Source: Candidatus Dojkabacteria bacterium
GTDB taxonomy: Bacteria; Patescibacteriota; Dojkabacteria; SC72
Length of the DNA: 64,000 bases
Reading direction: 5' to 3'
Assembly: GCA_012513575.1 (NCBI GenBank)
Contig: JAAZBX010000007.1
Coordinates: 27,931-91,930 of the forward strand
Shown here piece by piece: positions 9,703 through 20,256 of this stretch (the stretch's first letter is position 1; the number at the start of each line of letters is the position of its first letter). Both the position numbers and the translations under genes were made by a program. Below the pieces are notes generated by a model. It did no database searches. It saw only the letters and a program-made list of their open reading frames with translations, and was not told where the DNA came from.

Positions 9703-10446
9703 ATGAGTTTAAAACACGATTCGTTCAAAAAGGTGAGAAAGGAGAAAAACAAATGGAGATTAGATACCCCTGAAGATTTCGAGGAGATGGAAGATACCTT
9801 TCTTAAAGAGAGAATGCAGAGCAAGGAGCCTACAATCACTACAACCGTGAGAATTACGGCTGGAAAAGCGAAAAATTTCAACTTGGAAGTTCCCAAGGCA
9901 ACCCGTCCAATGACCGATAGGATGAAGATTCGTATATTTGACATCCTAAGAGAAGATTTAGTTAATAAATCCATTTTGGATCTTTATGCAGGTGCAGGTT
10001 CATTTGGATTCGAGGCTATCTCAAGAGGAGCAAAGCATTCAACATTTGTTGATGCATCAAAAAATGCCAATATTATTTTAAAAAAGAATGCTGCCCATAC
10101 TGGCTTCTTAATAGAAACAGAAATTATAAAGGAAAAGGTTGAAGAATATTTATTCAGGGTACTTAACCAAGAAGAAGTTCCATCATTTGACATAATTTTC
10201 ATGGATCCTCCTTACAAGCTTTTTAATACAAAAAAGACCTACAAAATGGAGAATGTAATAAATATGGCGACCAAGTTATTACCAGGTATCCAAGACAATA
10301 ATTGTAAAGGATGGAAAGGTGCACTTATTCTTAAACACCCGAAAAGATATGATTTAAACAAAATTAAGATAGAAAATTTAACGCTTGTAGAAAGCATTAA
10401 TCTGGGTATCAATGAAATATCCTTCTTTATTGTCAATTTTAAATAG
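9703..10446 (+). CDS. rsmD: 16S rRNA (guanine966-N2)-methyltransferase RsmD-like
   Basis: ITAGKAKN...RPMTDRMK...LDLYAGAGSFGFEAISRGA...DPPY motifs, with an N-terminal extension of about 45 aa. Confidence 0.75.
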   Translation: MSLKHDSFKKVRKEKNKWRLDTPEDFEEMEDTFLKERMQSKEPTITTTVRITAGKAKNFNLEVPKATRPMTDRMKIRIFDILREDLVNKSILDLYAGAGSFGFEAISRGAKHSTFVDASKNANIILKKNAAHTGFLIETEIIKEKVEEYLFRVLNQEEVPSFDIIFMDPPYKLFNTKKTYKMENVINMATKLLPGIQDNNCKGWKGALILKHPKRYDLNKIKIENLTLVESINLGINEISFFIVNFK

Positions 10447-10634
10447 CATTAGATTAATATTCCACAGTTTCCTCTTCCCATTGCAAATTTGAGTATAAAA
10501 ATATAAAATACTTGTTGTGTATAGAATATACGGAATAAACAAATCAAAACTAAACAGAATAGTTTTTACAACACACACTTTTTAATGTGTGCTTTTCCCT
10601 TAACACTTTTTAATTAAATTACTTTGATAAAATT

Positions 10635-12425
10635 ATGGATTCTGAACAAAAAATAAAAGAAGAAAAATTAGAAAAAATGAGGCATTCTGCCTCACACATA
10701 TTAGCAGAAGCAGTATTAAAGCTTTACCCAGATACTAAACTTGGTATTGGACCGGCAATCGAAAACGGATATTACTACGACTTTGACTTTAGTGAACCTA
10801 TCGAAGAGGAGGACTTAAAGAAAATTGAGAAAGAAATGCGAAAAATTATCAAACAAAATCTTCCAATTACCCAAGTATTTATGAAGAGAACTGATGCAGA
10901 AGAATATTTCAATAAAACAGGTCAAATATACAAACTTGAGCTATTAGAAGAAATAGAGGGTAAGGAATTAAGCTTTTACATAACCGGGGAGAATGAATTT
11001 GCGGATCTTTGTAGAGGTCCTCATATCGACAGTACAAGTGAGATAGGAGCAATTAAACTTACAAAGACCGCTGGAGCATATTGGAGAGGAGACGAAAACA
11101 AAAAAATGTTAACAAGGATATATGGAACTGCGTTTGAGACAGAAAACGAGCTTAATACTTTTCTTAAAAATCAAGAATTGCTTGAGAGTAGAAATCATAG
11201 GAAAATTGGCAAACAGCTTGAGCTATTTGCTATCATTCCTGAAATTGGTCAAGGACTTCCTGTTTGGCTTCCTCGAGGCTACACAATTAGAAGAATTCTC
11301 GAAGATTACTTGTTAGAACTTGAAAACAATGCCGGATATCTTCATATTTTAACCCCTCATATCAATAAATCACAACTATTTGAAATATCAGGCCATTTGA
11401 ATTTCTACAAAGAATCTATGTATCCACCAATGCAAATAGAAGATGAAACTTACTATCTTAAGCCAATGAACTGTCCAGCAGGTATGATGGTTTACAATTT
11501 AAGTCCGAAAAGTTACAGAGACTTACCATACAAATTAGGGGAGTTCGGTACTGTATACAGATACGAGAAGAGCGGAGAGCTACATGGCTTACAAAGAGTC
11601 AGAGGATTTACTCAGAACGATGCACACATATTCTGTACCCCTGAACAACTCGAGGATTCAATAAATGAGACATTAGATTTACTCGACATATTCTACAAAG
11701 ATGTAGGATTTACAAAATACAAATTTAGGCTATCTCTTTCAGATAGAGAGGCTAATCCTAAAAAATATGCAGGAGATGTTGAGAGATGGAAACAAGCTGA
11801 AGAAACATTAAGAAAAGTTTTGATCGATAGAAAAGTTGATTTTGAAGAAATGCCAGGAGATGCAGCATTCTATGGACCTAAAATTGATATTCAAGCAGTT
11901 AATGTCTTTGGGAAAGAGGACTCTGTTTCAACTTTACAATTGGATTTCAATCTTTCTGAAAGATTCAAAATAAAATATATTGATCAAGATGGAAAAGAGC
12001 AAGAACCTTTTGTTATTCATAGAGCACTAATAGGGTCATTTGAAAGATTCTTTGCATTTTTAATTGAGACCCATGGCGGAGATTTCCCTCTTTGGTTTAC
12101 ACCTGAACAGGTTTATATTATCCCAATATCAGAGAAACATCACGATTATGCTAAACAAGTCTATGATCAATTACATAATTCAGGTCTAAGAGTAAAACTT
12201 GATGATAGAGAGAAAAGCATGCAGTCTAGAATACGAGATGCTGAGAAAATGAAAATCCCATATATCATCATTTTAGGTGACAAGGAAATTCAAACAGATA
12301 CTATCTCTGTTAGGACAAGAAAGAACAAGAGTGAAGGTTTAATGAAAGTTCAAGAATTTGTTGATAATCTCAAAGAAGAAATTAGAACAAAAGAGCCTTT
12401 TAAGGTAGAGATGGCTACTGTTTAA
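10635..12425 (+). CDS. thrS: Threonine--tRNA ligase
   Basis: HSASHILAEAV (editing/second-additional domain), a class II core (RNHRKIGKQLELF) and a C-terminal anticodon-binding domain. Confidence 0.9.
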   Translation: MDSEQKIKEEKLEKMRHSASHILAEAVLKLYPDTKLGIGPAIENGYYYDFDFSEPIEEEDLKKIEKEMRKIIKQNLPITQVFMKRTDAEEYFNKTGQIYKLELLEEIEGKELSFYITGENEFADLCRGPHIDSTSEIGAIKLTKTAGAYWRGDENKKMLTRIYGTAFETENELNTFLKNQELLESRNHRKIGKQLELFAIIPEIGQGLPVWLPRGYTIRRILEDYLLELENNAGYLHILTPHINKSQLFEISGHLNFYKESMYPPMQIEDETYYLKPMNCPAGMMVYNLSPKSYRDLPYKLGEFGTVYRYEKSGELHGLQRVRGFTQNDAHIFCTPEQLEDSINETLDLLDIFYKDVGFTKYKFRLSLSDREANPKKYAGDVERWKQAEETLRKVLIDRKVDFEEMPGDAAFYGPKIDIQAVNVFGKEDSVSTLQLDFNLSERFKIKYIDQDGKEQEPFVIHRALIGSFERFFAFLIETHGGDFPLWFTPEQVYIIPISEKHHDYAKQVYDQLHNSGLRVKLDDREKSMQSRIRDAEKMKIPYIIILGDKEIQTDTISVRTRKNKSEGLMKVQEFVDNLKEEIRTKEPFKVEMATV

Positions 12426-12448
12426 TTTAATTTTATTAATTTTAATAA

Positions 12449-13024
12449 ATGCCTTTTGACAAACAAGCAGAATTAAGAAAAAAGTTCGGTCCTAGAAAGA
12501 ATGAATACATTAGGGTCGAAGAAGTTCAACTCATTGATGAAAAGGGAAATAATATTGGGGTAGTTAAAACAAATAGAGCCCTTGAAATGGCGAGAGAGGT
12601 AGAATTAGACTTGGTTGAAGTAGGACCCAACGTTAAGCCTCCAGTTTGTAAAATAATGGACTATTCAAAATATATATATATGCAAAGTAAAAAGAACAGG
12701 ATGAATAAGAAGGGGAAAGCAAAAGAAGTAAAAGAGTTTAGGTTTTCACCTGTAATAGAAGAAGCAGATACTAATCACAAAGTTAACAGAGCTATTGAAT
12801 ATCTAAAAAAGGGTTACCCAACAAGAATTACAATGTTCCGAAAGGGGAGACAATCAAAAGAGCAAGCAAAGGAACTTTTTGATGAAATATTGACTAATTT
12901 TGCAGATTATAGTAGCATTGAACCCGATCCTGTATCCGAAGGTAATAATATTTTTATAACATTTAAACCAAATGGCAAGACAAAAGACAAACAAAACAGC
13001 AAAGAAGAGAGTGAAGATGTCTAA
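12449..13024 (+). CDS. infC: Translation initiation factor IF-3 with a Lys-rich C-terminal extension
   Basis: IRVEEVQLIDEKGNNIGVVKTNRALEMAREVELDLVEV...PVCKIMDY is characteristic of IF-3. Confidence 0.9.
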   Translation: MPFDKQAELRKKFGPRKNEYIRVEEVQLIDEKGNNIGVVKTNRALEMAREVELDLVEVGPNVKPPVCKIMDYSKYIYMQSKKNRMNKKGKAKEVKEFRFSPVIEEADTNHKVNRAIEYLKKGYPTRITMFRKGRQSKEQAKELFDEILTNFADYSSIEPDPVSEGNNIFITFKPNGKTKDKQNSKEESEDV

Positions 13025-13184
13025 TCCTAGAGGTGCTAAGAAGGGCGTTATGAGGTTTAAACAGAGCCATCAGGGTCATTTAAAAACAAAGAGATCTGCA
13101 AGAGAGAAAAGAAGACAAAGTGATAGCAAACCGGTACCAGGAGAGCTTAGGAATAAGATGGAGAAGAAAATTATTAATATCTAG
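12972..13184 (+). CDS. rpmI: 50S ribosomal protein L35
   Basis: MARQKTNKTAKKRVK...HLKTKRSAREKRR aligns with the L35 N-terminus (MPKMKTxxGAAKRFK). It overlaps the infC 3' end by 53 nt in a different frame. An internal alternative start exists at 13017. Confidence 0.7.
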   Translation: MARQKTNKTAKKRVKMSNPRGAKKGVMRFKQSHQGHLKTKRSAREKRRQSDSKPVPGELRNKMEKKIINI

Positions 13185-13195
13185 TAACAATAATT

Positions 13196-13534
13196 ATGAG
13201 AGTTAAAACTGGAGTAGCAAGAAAAAGAAGACATAGTAAAGTACTCGCAAGAACAAAGGGCTACAGAATGACAAAGAGTAGGCTTTACAAAGTGTCTCAT
13301 GAGGCATTCATGCATGCAGGTCAGTATGCTTATAATGACAGACAGAAGAGAGGTGGACAGATGAGAAGAATGTGGATTACAAAGATTAATGCTGCATGTA
13401 AAAATAATGGAATTCAATATAATGATTTGATATCAGGTCTTAAGAAAAACAAGATTGAATTAAATAGAATGGTTTTAGCTGATTTAGCTGTTAACAATCC
13501 AGAGGTATTTACTACCGTTGTTAAATCTATCTAA
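13196..13534 (+). CDS. rplT: 50S ribosomal protein L20
   Basis: MRVKTGVARKRRHSKVLARTKGYR...QKRGGQMRRMWITKINAA is typical of L20. Canonical infC-rpmI-rplT order. Confidence 0.92.
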   Translation: MRVKTGVARKRRHSKVLARTKGYRMTKSRLYKVSHEAFMHAGQYAYNDRQKRGGQMRRMWITKINAACKNNGIQYNDLISGLKKNKIELNRMVLADLAVNNPEVFTTVVKSI

Positions 13535-13661
13535 TTGGTTAGAGATTGAGAAGGATTCTTAAAGGGTCCTTTTTTTATATTCGAACAAATCCCATCATTA
13601 GGCCCATAGAATCACAAGATTAATCATTCCTTTTTACCCAAACAATGTTGTATACTAAACA

Positions 13662-14699
13662 ATGGAATTCAAACAAAAAAATCTCCAAAAAATATATAAA
13701 GAATTGCTTCAAGACCAGAAAAAATTATCCCTACAAGGGCTAAAAAAGAAATATATATCAAAGCAGGGCTTTATTAGTGAAGCTTTTAACAAAATTTCCT
13801 CTATTAAAATAGCTGAAAGAGCAGAATATGGAAAAGAGGCAAACGAATTAAAAAATCTCTATGAAGAAATATCTCAATCACTATCACAAAATAAAAACAT
13901 CTATTCTACTAGAGAAAAAATAGATGTCACCGCTCCTTTTGATTTTAATACGAAAGAAGAACAAAGACCTCACTTTTTAAATGAAATTGGAACACAGCAT
14001 CCATTAACAAAGGAGGTTGAGATATTTACCGAGATTTTCAAAAGTATGGGTTTTAATGTACTTGAAAGTAGACAGATTGATGATGATTATCATATGTTTG
14101 AATCTCTAAATTTCCCAGTAGGCCACCCAGCAAGAGAAATGTATGACACCTTTTGGACAGAAGACGGTTTTGTACTTCCAGCACATACATCCACAATGCA
14201 AAATAGAGCGATGAGAATGTACGGTCCACCTCCAATCGCAGTTGTTTTACCCGGCAGATGCTTTAGAAATGAAGCTACAGATGCAAGTCACGAATTTACA
14301 TTCCATCAAATTGAGGGAATTTATATCGACAAGAACGTATCATTGGCAAATATGGTTGCGACAATCAAAGAATTTCTTGAAAAGTACTTAGAAACCTCCT
14401 TGGAGGTTAGGATTCAACCGTCCTATTTCCCATTCACAGAACCAGATTGTGAGTTTGTCATTAGCTGCCCATTTTGTCACAAAGCAGGTTGCTCGACCTG
14501 TGGACACTCTGGCTGGATAGAGTTGATGGGGTGTGGAATGATTCATCCAAACGTTCTAAAACAGGCAGATATTGATCCTGATACGTATTCTGGGTTTGCA
14601 TGGGGTTTTGGAGTTGACAGATTAACGATGATAAAGAGAGGAATAAATGACATACGCTTACTTAGAGATTCAAACCTTAATTTCTTAAAGCAATTTTAA
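13662..14699 (+). CDS. pheS: Phenylalanine--tRNA ligase alpha subunit
   Basis: Class II motifs (FRNEATDASHEF, FHQIEG, FPFTEPDCEF) and the GWIELMGCGMIHPNVL segment. Confidence 0.9.
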   Translation: MEFKQKNLQKIYKELLQDQKKLSLQGLKKKYISKQGFISEAFNKISSIKIAERAEYGKEANELKNLYEEISQSLSQNKNIYSTREKIDVTAPFDFNTKEEQRPHFLNEIGTQHPLTKEVEIFTEIFKSMGFNVLESRQIDDDYHMFESLNFPVGHPAREMYDTFWTEDGFVLPAHTSTMQNRAMRMYGPPPIAVVLPGRCFRNEATDASHEFTFHQIEGIYIDKNVSLANMVATIKEFLEKYLETSLEVRIQPSYFPFTEPDCEFVISCPFCHKAGCSTCGHSGWIELMGCGMIHPNVLKQADIDPDTYSGFAWGFGVDRLTMIKRGINDIRLLRDSNLNFLKQF

Positions 14700-17179
14700 T
14701 GAGGGTAACTACTGAACTTCTTAAACAATTTGGAGATATTTCTGCAAAAGATTCAGAATACGAGAAACTGATTAAAGAGCACATAGCGAACGTAGAGTAC
14801 GTTCATGACCTTTCAAAGGACTATGAGGGTATCGTAATCGGAGAAATAGTCGAGAAGGAAGAGCACCCAAACGCCGACAAGCTTGGTGTTTACAAAGTAT
14901 TCATTGGGAACAAAAGAACACAGGTAGTCGCAGGTGATAAGACCTTATGTATTGGAGACAAGGTTGCATATCTACCACCAGGCTCATATGTTCCATATAC
15001 TTATTACTCAGATGAAAAACCGGTAATTATTGAAGCAGTTGAATTACGCGGAGTTAAATCAAATGGGATGCTTGGATCAGAAAAGGAATTAAATCTAGGA
15101 CCAAATCACAACAATGTCTTCAGACTACCTCAAGAAGCTCCCGTGGGAGAGCCTTTCTCTGAATATTACAATCTTAATGACACAGTAATTGAAATTGAGA
15201 ACAAGGGGCTAACAAATAGGGGAGACTTATTTGGAATTCTTGGAATTGCTCGGGAACTTACTGCAATAACTGGAAACAAGTTTCTATCTCCAACGTGGAT
15301 ATTAAAACCTCAGAAAAAATTACACGCCGAATCTAACTGCTTAAATCTAGAAATAATTAATGATGCGGAAGCTCTATGTCCAAGATATATTGGAATTGCA
15401 ATAGATAATATCTCAATAAAACCTTCTCCTATCTGGTTGCAGTCTGAATTAGTAAAGCTAGACATTAAACCAATTAATAATGTAATTGATATTACAAATT
15501 ACATTTCAGCAATCCTTGGACAACCTCTTCATGCTTTTGATTATGACAAAATAATTTCAAATGATAATGCTCCTGACAACAAAGTAATAATTAATATAAG
15601 AATGGGCAAAGAAGGAGAGACAATATTAGGTTTAGATAATAAATTACACGAGTTAAACGACAGAACAATAGTTATTGCTGACAATAGTCATCCAATAGCC
15701 ATTGCAGGAATAATAGGAGGAAAAGATTCCTCGGTTGATGAGAGTACTAAACGAATTATCATTGAGTCTGCAAATTTTGATAAAAATAGCATTAGAAAAA
15801 GTTCTATGAATTTAGGCATTCATACAGATTCTGCAACTAAATTTAAACATTCTTTGGATCCAGAAATGTGTTTGCCTGCATTAATAAAAGCAATACAGCT
15901 TGCAAAAGAATTAGCCTCTGGAAGTATTGCTTCAAATATTATCGACATCTATCCAGACCCTCAACCGTTACAGAAGATTACAATAGATATAGATAAGCTT
16001 AATAGACACCTTGGAACTTCATTATCAAAAGATGTAATCTCAACTATATTAACCAACTTAGAATATACTGTTACCTCTTCAGATAAAACATTTCTTACTG
16101 TGAAAATTCCTTCATGGAGAAAAGATATTCAATTGGCTGAAGATATTCATGAAGATATCGCTAGAATATATGGTTTTGACAATATTGAAATTGAATTACC
16201 TAAAAAGGAGATAAGACCTATTAGAGATAATAAGATTTTTGAATTAAAGAAGAAAACTCGAAAACTCTTATCTACGCTTGGTCTTAACGAGATTCTAACA
16301 TATAGCTTCATAAGTCCTGAGAGTTTTAATAAATCGAACTTAGATTCCAATTTGGCTTTCAAACTAAAAAACCCTCTTTCACCTGAATTATCTTTAATGC
16401 GAACGAATCTGCTTCAAACTATTTTACCAAAGGTTAAAGAGAATAGAGATAGAGGCTTTAAGAACTTTGGCCTATTTGAAATTAACATTCCTCATGTTAA
16501 AGGCTATTTTGATACTGAAGGACTTCCAAAAGAGGAGTGGCACGTTTCTTCAATAATTACTAATACACAAGAATCAAAACACTCTCATTTCTATATAGCA
16601 AAAAAATATGCAAAGGCTATTTTCTCAGAGAAAGACCAGTTGATTAAATTCTCTTTAATAGCGGAATCTTTTGAACAAAATATTGATGATTATTCAAAAG
16701 CAACTATGAATATGTTTGATCCTAATGTCTCGGCATTCTGTTATTTAGATAAAGAGGTTATAGGGATTGTTGGGGAACTAAAGGAGAATATACTATTAGA
16801 ATACAAATTACCCCAAAACACATGTGCCTTTGATATTAATCTAAGTAAGCTTGTCTCAACATCCCTTCCTGACAGTAAAATGAAGCCTGTTTCCATTTAT
16901 CCCAATTTCTCAATAGATTTATGTCTTGAAAGTAATTTAGATATCAAGTATTCAGAGATTGAAGACTTCCTAAAAAAGATTCTTAACTCAGCTGGATCAT
17001 GGGGAAACACACAATGTTTAGATATATATCGAGATGAGAAAATTCCAGAAAAGAAAAGAATTACTTTTAGAATAGAGGGAGGGGAAAACAGTAAAACTTT
17101 AACAGATAAAGAAATAAAAGAGAAAGTAAGTATGATTTCTAAGAAATTAAATAGTAAATTTGGAATTAAGGTTATATAA
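14699..17179 (+). CDS. pheT: Phenylalanine--tRNA ligase beta subunit
   Basis: N-terminal tRNA-binding OB domain (HPNADKLGVYKVFIG) with B3/4 and B5 domains. Its start overlaps the pheS stop (TAATG). Confidence 0.88.
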   Translation: MRVTTELLKQFGDISAKDSEYEKLIKEHIANVEYVHDLSKDYEGIVIGEIVEKEEHPNADKLGVYKVFIGNKRTQVVAGDKTLCIGDKVAYLPPGSYVPYTYYSDEKPVIIEAVELRGVKSNGMLGSEKELNLGPNHNNVFRLPQEAPVGEPFSEYYNLNDTVIEIENKGLTNRGDLFGILGIARELTAITGNKFLSPTWILKPQKKLHAESNCLNLEIINDAEALCPRYIGIAIDNISIKPSPIWLQSELVKLDIKPINNVIDITNYISAILGQPLHAFDYDKIISNDNAPDNKVIINIRMGKEGETILGLDNKLHELNDRTIVIADNSHPIAIAGIIGGKDSSVDESTKRIIIESANFDKNSIRKSSMNLGIHTDSATKFKHSLDPEMCLPALIKAIQLAKELASGSIASNIIDIYPDPQPLQKITIDIDKLNRHLGTSLSKDVISTILTNLEYTVTSSDKTFLTVKIPSWRKDIQLAEDIHEDIARIYGFDNIEIELPKKEIRPIRDNKIFELKKKTRKLLSTLGLNEILTYSFISPESFNKSNLDSNLAFKLKNPLSPELSLMRTNLLQTILPKVKENRDRGFKNFGLFEINIPHVKGYFDTEGLPKEEWHVSSIITNTQESKHSHFYIAKKYAKAIFSEKDQLIKFSLIAESFEQNIDDYSKATMNMFDPNVSAFCYLDKEVIGIVGELKENILLEYKLPQNTCAFDINLSKLVSTSLPDSKMKPVSIYPNFSIDLCLESNLDIKYSEIEDFLKKILNSAGSWGNTQCLDIYRDEKIPEKKRITFRIEGGENSKTLTDKEIKEKVSMISKKLNSKFGIKVI

Positions 17180-20171
17180 CCTTTACTGAGATAATCCCAC
17201 TCAAGATTTCCTCCCCATTGGACGAAATAGCTTTTGCACTTATTTTTGTACTTCCTGAAACAGCATCCGCGGGAATAGTGGCGACCCAAGTATTAGCTCC
17301 TTCTTTTGTTCCAGCAACAGATTTCTGACCACTTCCACTTTGTAAAAGAAAAGTTACCCCTGAAGAAGAGATATTTCCTGAGACCACTGCCCTTAATTGT
17401 GTTTCGCCTCTCTTTACGGTATCTCCGTTTAATGGTGCAGTTAAGGTAATTGTCGCTGTTACATTCGATACCACAACTGATACAGATTTGGTGTCAATTT
17501 TACCTGCAGAATCTTTAACCGAAACTGAAATGTTTAATGAAGGAGAACTATCTGGAACAACATAATTGACCAAGAAGGAACTGTCCGCATTTACAGTCTG
17601 AACACCGACTCCAGGTATATCTACACCATTTACTTTAACAGAGAATGAGGAAAGCGTTCCCGCAAACCTAACAAAACCAGCTATCTCGAGATTTTTCCCA
17701 GATTCAACTTGTTGACCACTTGTTGGCCTACTAATATCAATAACTGGAGCATTGTCAGGTCCTAAAGGTAAAGGACAATATGCGGTTTGAGGCTCTTCAA
17801 AAATATACGAACCAACTCCTAGCATATATTTCTTATATGCTTCAACCTGAAGAGGGTTCTCTAATTTTGTTGTTAGAAGTATTTTAGTTGATATTAAATT
17901 GTAGAGCTTTGCTACGTCAAGATTTGTCGGAATAGAATTGTTTTCAGTACATACTTCAACAGATTTTCTGTTATCTGCCTGAGGAGCCCTCCCCGCAATG
18001 TATATTGTGGCTTGTTTATTACATTCCACACCTTCAGCAGGAACCCCTCCAGTATCTGTACAAACAGAAGTAGTCATAATTCCTGCAGGCCTATTGTAGT
18101 TAAATTCGTTATATCTATCTATTACCCTTCTAAAGAAAGAATTTGTTATATCTAAAGAAATTGTAGATGACCAACCTCCAGGCATCACCTCATTGTTGTT
18201 ATTACCATTCCATGCAGCAACAACTAAACTTTGGTTGTATTGAAATGCTAATAAATCTTTAGGACCATCTGTCGTGCCTGTCTTCCCACAAAGCTTTTTA
18301 CCATTTATATAGAAGGAGCTATTTGCATACCTATCATTGAACCCATTCAAATCGCAAATCATCCAGTTAACAACATAAGCTTCTTTCTCATCAATTACCC
18401 TTTGACCTTCTGATTCCTCAAACTCCTTAAGAACCTTACCCTTAGAATCTTCAACTTTGAGAATAGCTGTTGTATCATGACGTATTCCACTATTCGCTAG
18501 GGTAGCATAAGCATTTGTAAGATCTACTAACTTCATCTCTGCAGAACCCAAACCAAGACTCAAACCGTAGTTTGCCTTGTTTTCAATACCCTCTATTCCT
18601 AACTTTTGCATTAATTGAAGATACCCATCTATACCTCCGACTTGCAAGGCATATACAGTTGGGATATTCCTTGAAAGTACAAGAGCCTTTCTGGCAAGAA
18701 TTAGACCATCATATCTTCCATCCCAGTTCTTTGGTTTATATGGACCGAAGGAAATTGAATCTATATCAGGAGTTAACAACCATGGCCCATATCCTTTATT
18801 TATCATATTTAAATATACAAAGGGCTTAACAGAAGAACCTGTTTGTCTCATACTGGTTGTAATATTAACATTCCCATCAACTCTAGGATCTTCAATATTC
18901 CAGTAATCAACTGAGCCCACCATCGCAAGTATTTGTGCATTTTTAGGATTCATAACGACCATTGCTCCATTGTGAACATTATGCCTTTTGTTTTCTTCGA
19001 CTCCCTTTGTAATCTCCTCTTCCGCAATCCCCTGTAGAGTAGAGTCAAGAGTGGTCGTAACCTTTAGACCCCCTCTTTGTACTATATCAGGCCCGAACTC
19101 TTCTTCTAAAATTCCTTTAACATAAAATACAAAATGAGGAGCTTTTATTTCAATCCTGTTGGTTTTATACACTAATTCTTCTTCCCTCGCAGCATCAATA
19201 TCTTCTTTTGAAACACCTAAAATTCTTTTCTTGTCTTCCAACTGATCGAGGACATAATTTTGTCTTACTTTTGCCAATTCTGGATTACTACCAAACAGAG
19301 GAGAGTAGATGCTTGGGCCCTGGATAAGTCCTGCTATCAAAGCACTTTCTGCCAAAGTAAGTTCGCTAACATCTTTCCCAAAATAGGAATTTGCAGCTGC
19401 TTGAAAACCATAATTAACCCCTCCCAAAGGAATTTCATTCATGTACATCTGCAAAATTTCATCCTTGGTAAAGGTTTGTTCTACTTGCATGGTTATCAAT
19501 GCTTCCTTAATTTTCCTTGACAAAGTTCTTTCGTATACTTCATCACCTAAAAGGTCTTTTAGTAACGTAGTCTTAACAAGTTGTTGAGTAAGTGTACTTC
19601 CACCCCTTACAACTTTTCCTCCACGAATATTTTGAATGAAGGCTTTTAATATACCTAAATAATCTAATCCCTTATGCTGATAAAATTCTGCATCTTCAGC
19701 GGCTAGAAGGGCTTTTCTTGTATTTTCTGGGATCTTTTCTAGTGGAACGAATTCCCTATTTTCATCTCCAAAAATTGTATAAAGCAATTCTCCGTTTCTA
19801 TCAAGAATCTGGGTACTTTGATCCGATGATCTGTCTATTAATTGATCTGGAGCAGGAAGTGCATCTCCTATCTTCTTAAGGTAGATACCTAAGACAATTA
19901 GGCCGACACAACCAACAAAGAAAGCGACACCAAGTCCAATATATAAAACCTTTCTTATTTTCTTTTTAAAAGGGGCTGAAGATAAAGATTTCTTGCTGTT
20001 TTTTACTTTCTTTTTACTATTAACAACATTGGTGGAATATTTCTTTATATTCATATACTTATTAAACCCGATATTAGGAATAGTACCACTCGTATTCTTG
20101 TTTGATCTTCGCCTACTAGAAGCGAGTTTTCTCTTGGGCTGAGAATATCCAATACTGTATTTCATATTCAT
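17172..20171 (-). CDS. Class A penicillin-binding protein (PBP1A-type) with a Lys/Ser-rich cytoplasmic tail and a C-terminal Ig-like extension
   Basis: GT51 motifs (EDAEFYQHKGLD, RGGSTLTQQLVK). Transpeptidase motifs SSVKP (SxxK), SRN and KTGT. One TM helix after about 75 basic residues. The last ~300 aa are rich in V/S/T beta strands. Confidence 0.85.
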   Translation of the reverse strand: MNMKYSIGYSQPKRKLASSRRRSNKNTSGTIPNIGFNKYMNIKKYSTNVVNSKKKVKNSKKSLSSAPFKKKIRKVLYIGLGVAFFVGCVGLIVLGIYLKKIGDALPAPDQLIDRSSDQSTQILDRNGELLYTIFGDENREFVPLEKIPENTRKALLAAEDAEFYQHKGLDYLGILKAFIQNIRGGKVVRGGSTLTQQLVKTTLLKDLLGDEVYERTLSRKIKEALITMQVEQTFTKDEILQMYMNEIPLGGVNYGFQAAANSYFGKDVSELTLAESALIAGLIQGPSIYSPLFGSNPELAKVRQNYVLDQLEDKKRILGVSKEDIDAAREEELVYKTNRIEIKAPHFVFYVKGILEEEFGPDIVQRGGLKVTTTLDSTLQGIAEEEITKGVEENKRHNVHNGAMVVMNPKNAQILAMVGSVDYWNIEDPRVDGNVNITTSMRQTGSSVKPFVYLNMINKGYGPWLLTPDIDSISFGPYKPKNWDGRYDGLILARKALVLSRNIPTVYALQVGGIDGYLQLMQKLGIEGIENKANYGLSLGLGSAEMKLVDLTNAYATLANSGIRHDTTAILKVEDSKGKVLKEFEESEGQRVIDEKEAYVVNWMICDLNGFNDRYANSSFYINGKKLCGKTGTTDGPKDLLAFQYNQSLVVAAWNGNNNNEVMPGGWSSTISLDITNSFFRRVIDRYNEFNYNRPAGIMTTSVCTDTGGVPAEGVECNKQATIYIAGRAPQADNRKSVEVCTENNSIPTNLDVAKLYNLISTKILLTTKLENPLQVEAYKKYMLGVGSYIFEEPQTAYCPLPLGPDNAPVIDISRPTSGQQVESGKNLEIAGFVRFAGTLSSFSVKVNGVDIPGVGVQTVNADSSFLVNYVVPDSSPSLNISVSVKDSAGKIDTKSVSVVVSNVTATITLTAPLNGDTVKRGETQLRAVVSGNISSSGVTFLLQSGSGQKSVAGTKEGANTWVATIPADAVSGSTKISAKAISSNGEEILSGIISVKVI

Positions 20172-20256
20172 ATATTATGCCCTCATTTGACTAAAAATTT
20201 CAAGCTCTAATATTTGAGATAAAGTGTTAATAGTGTATCATGTGATATAATCATCT

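Noticed and set aside
10447-10634. T-box or other leader upstream of thrS (and similarly tyrS, pheS, hisS)
   Set aside because: No T-box consensus (AATTAGGGTGGNACC) is present. Only a weak 6-bp ACACAC/GTGTGT hairpin was seen.
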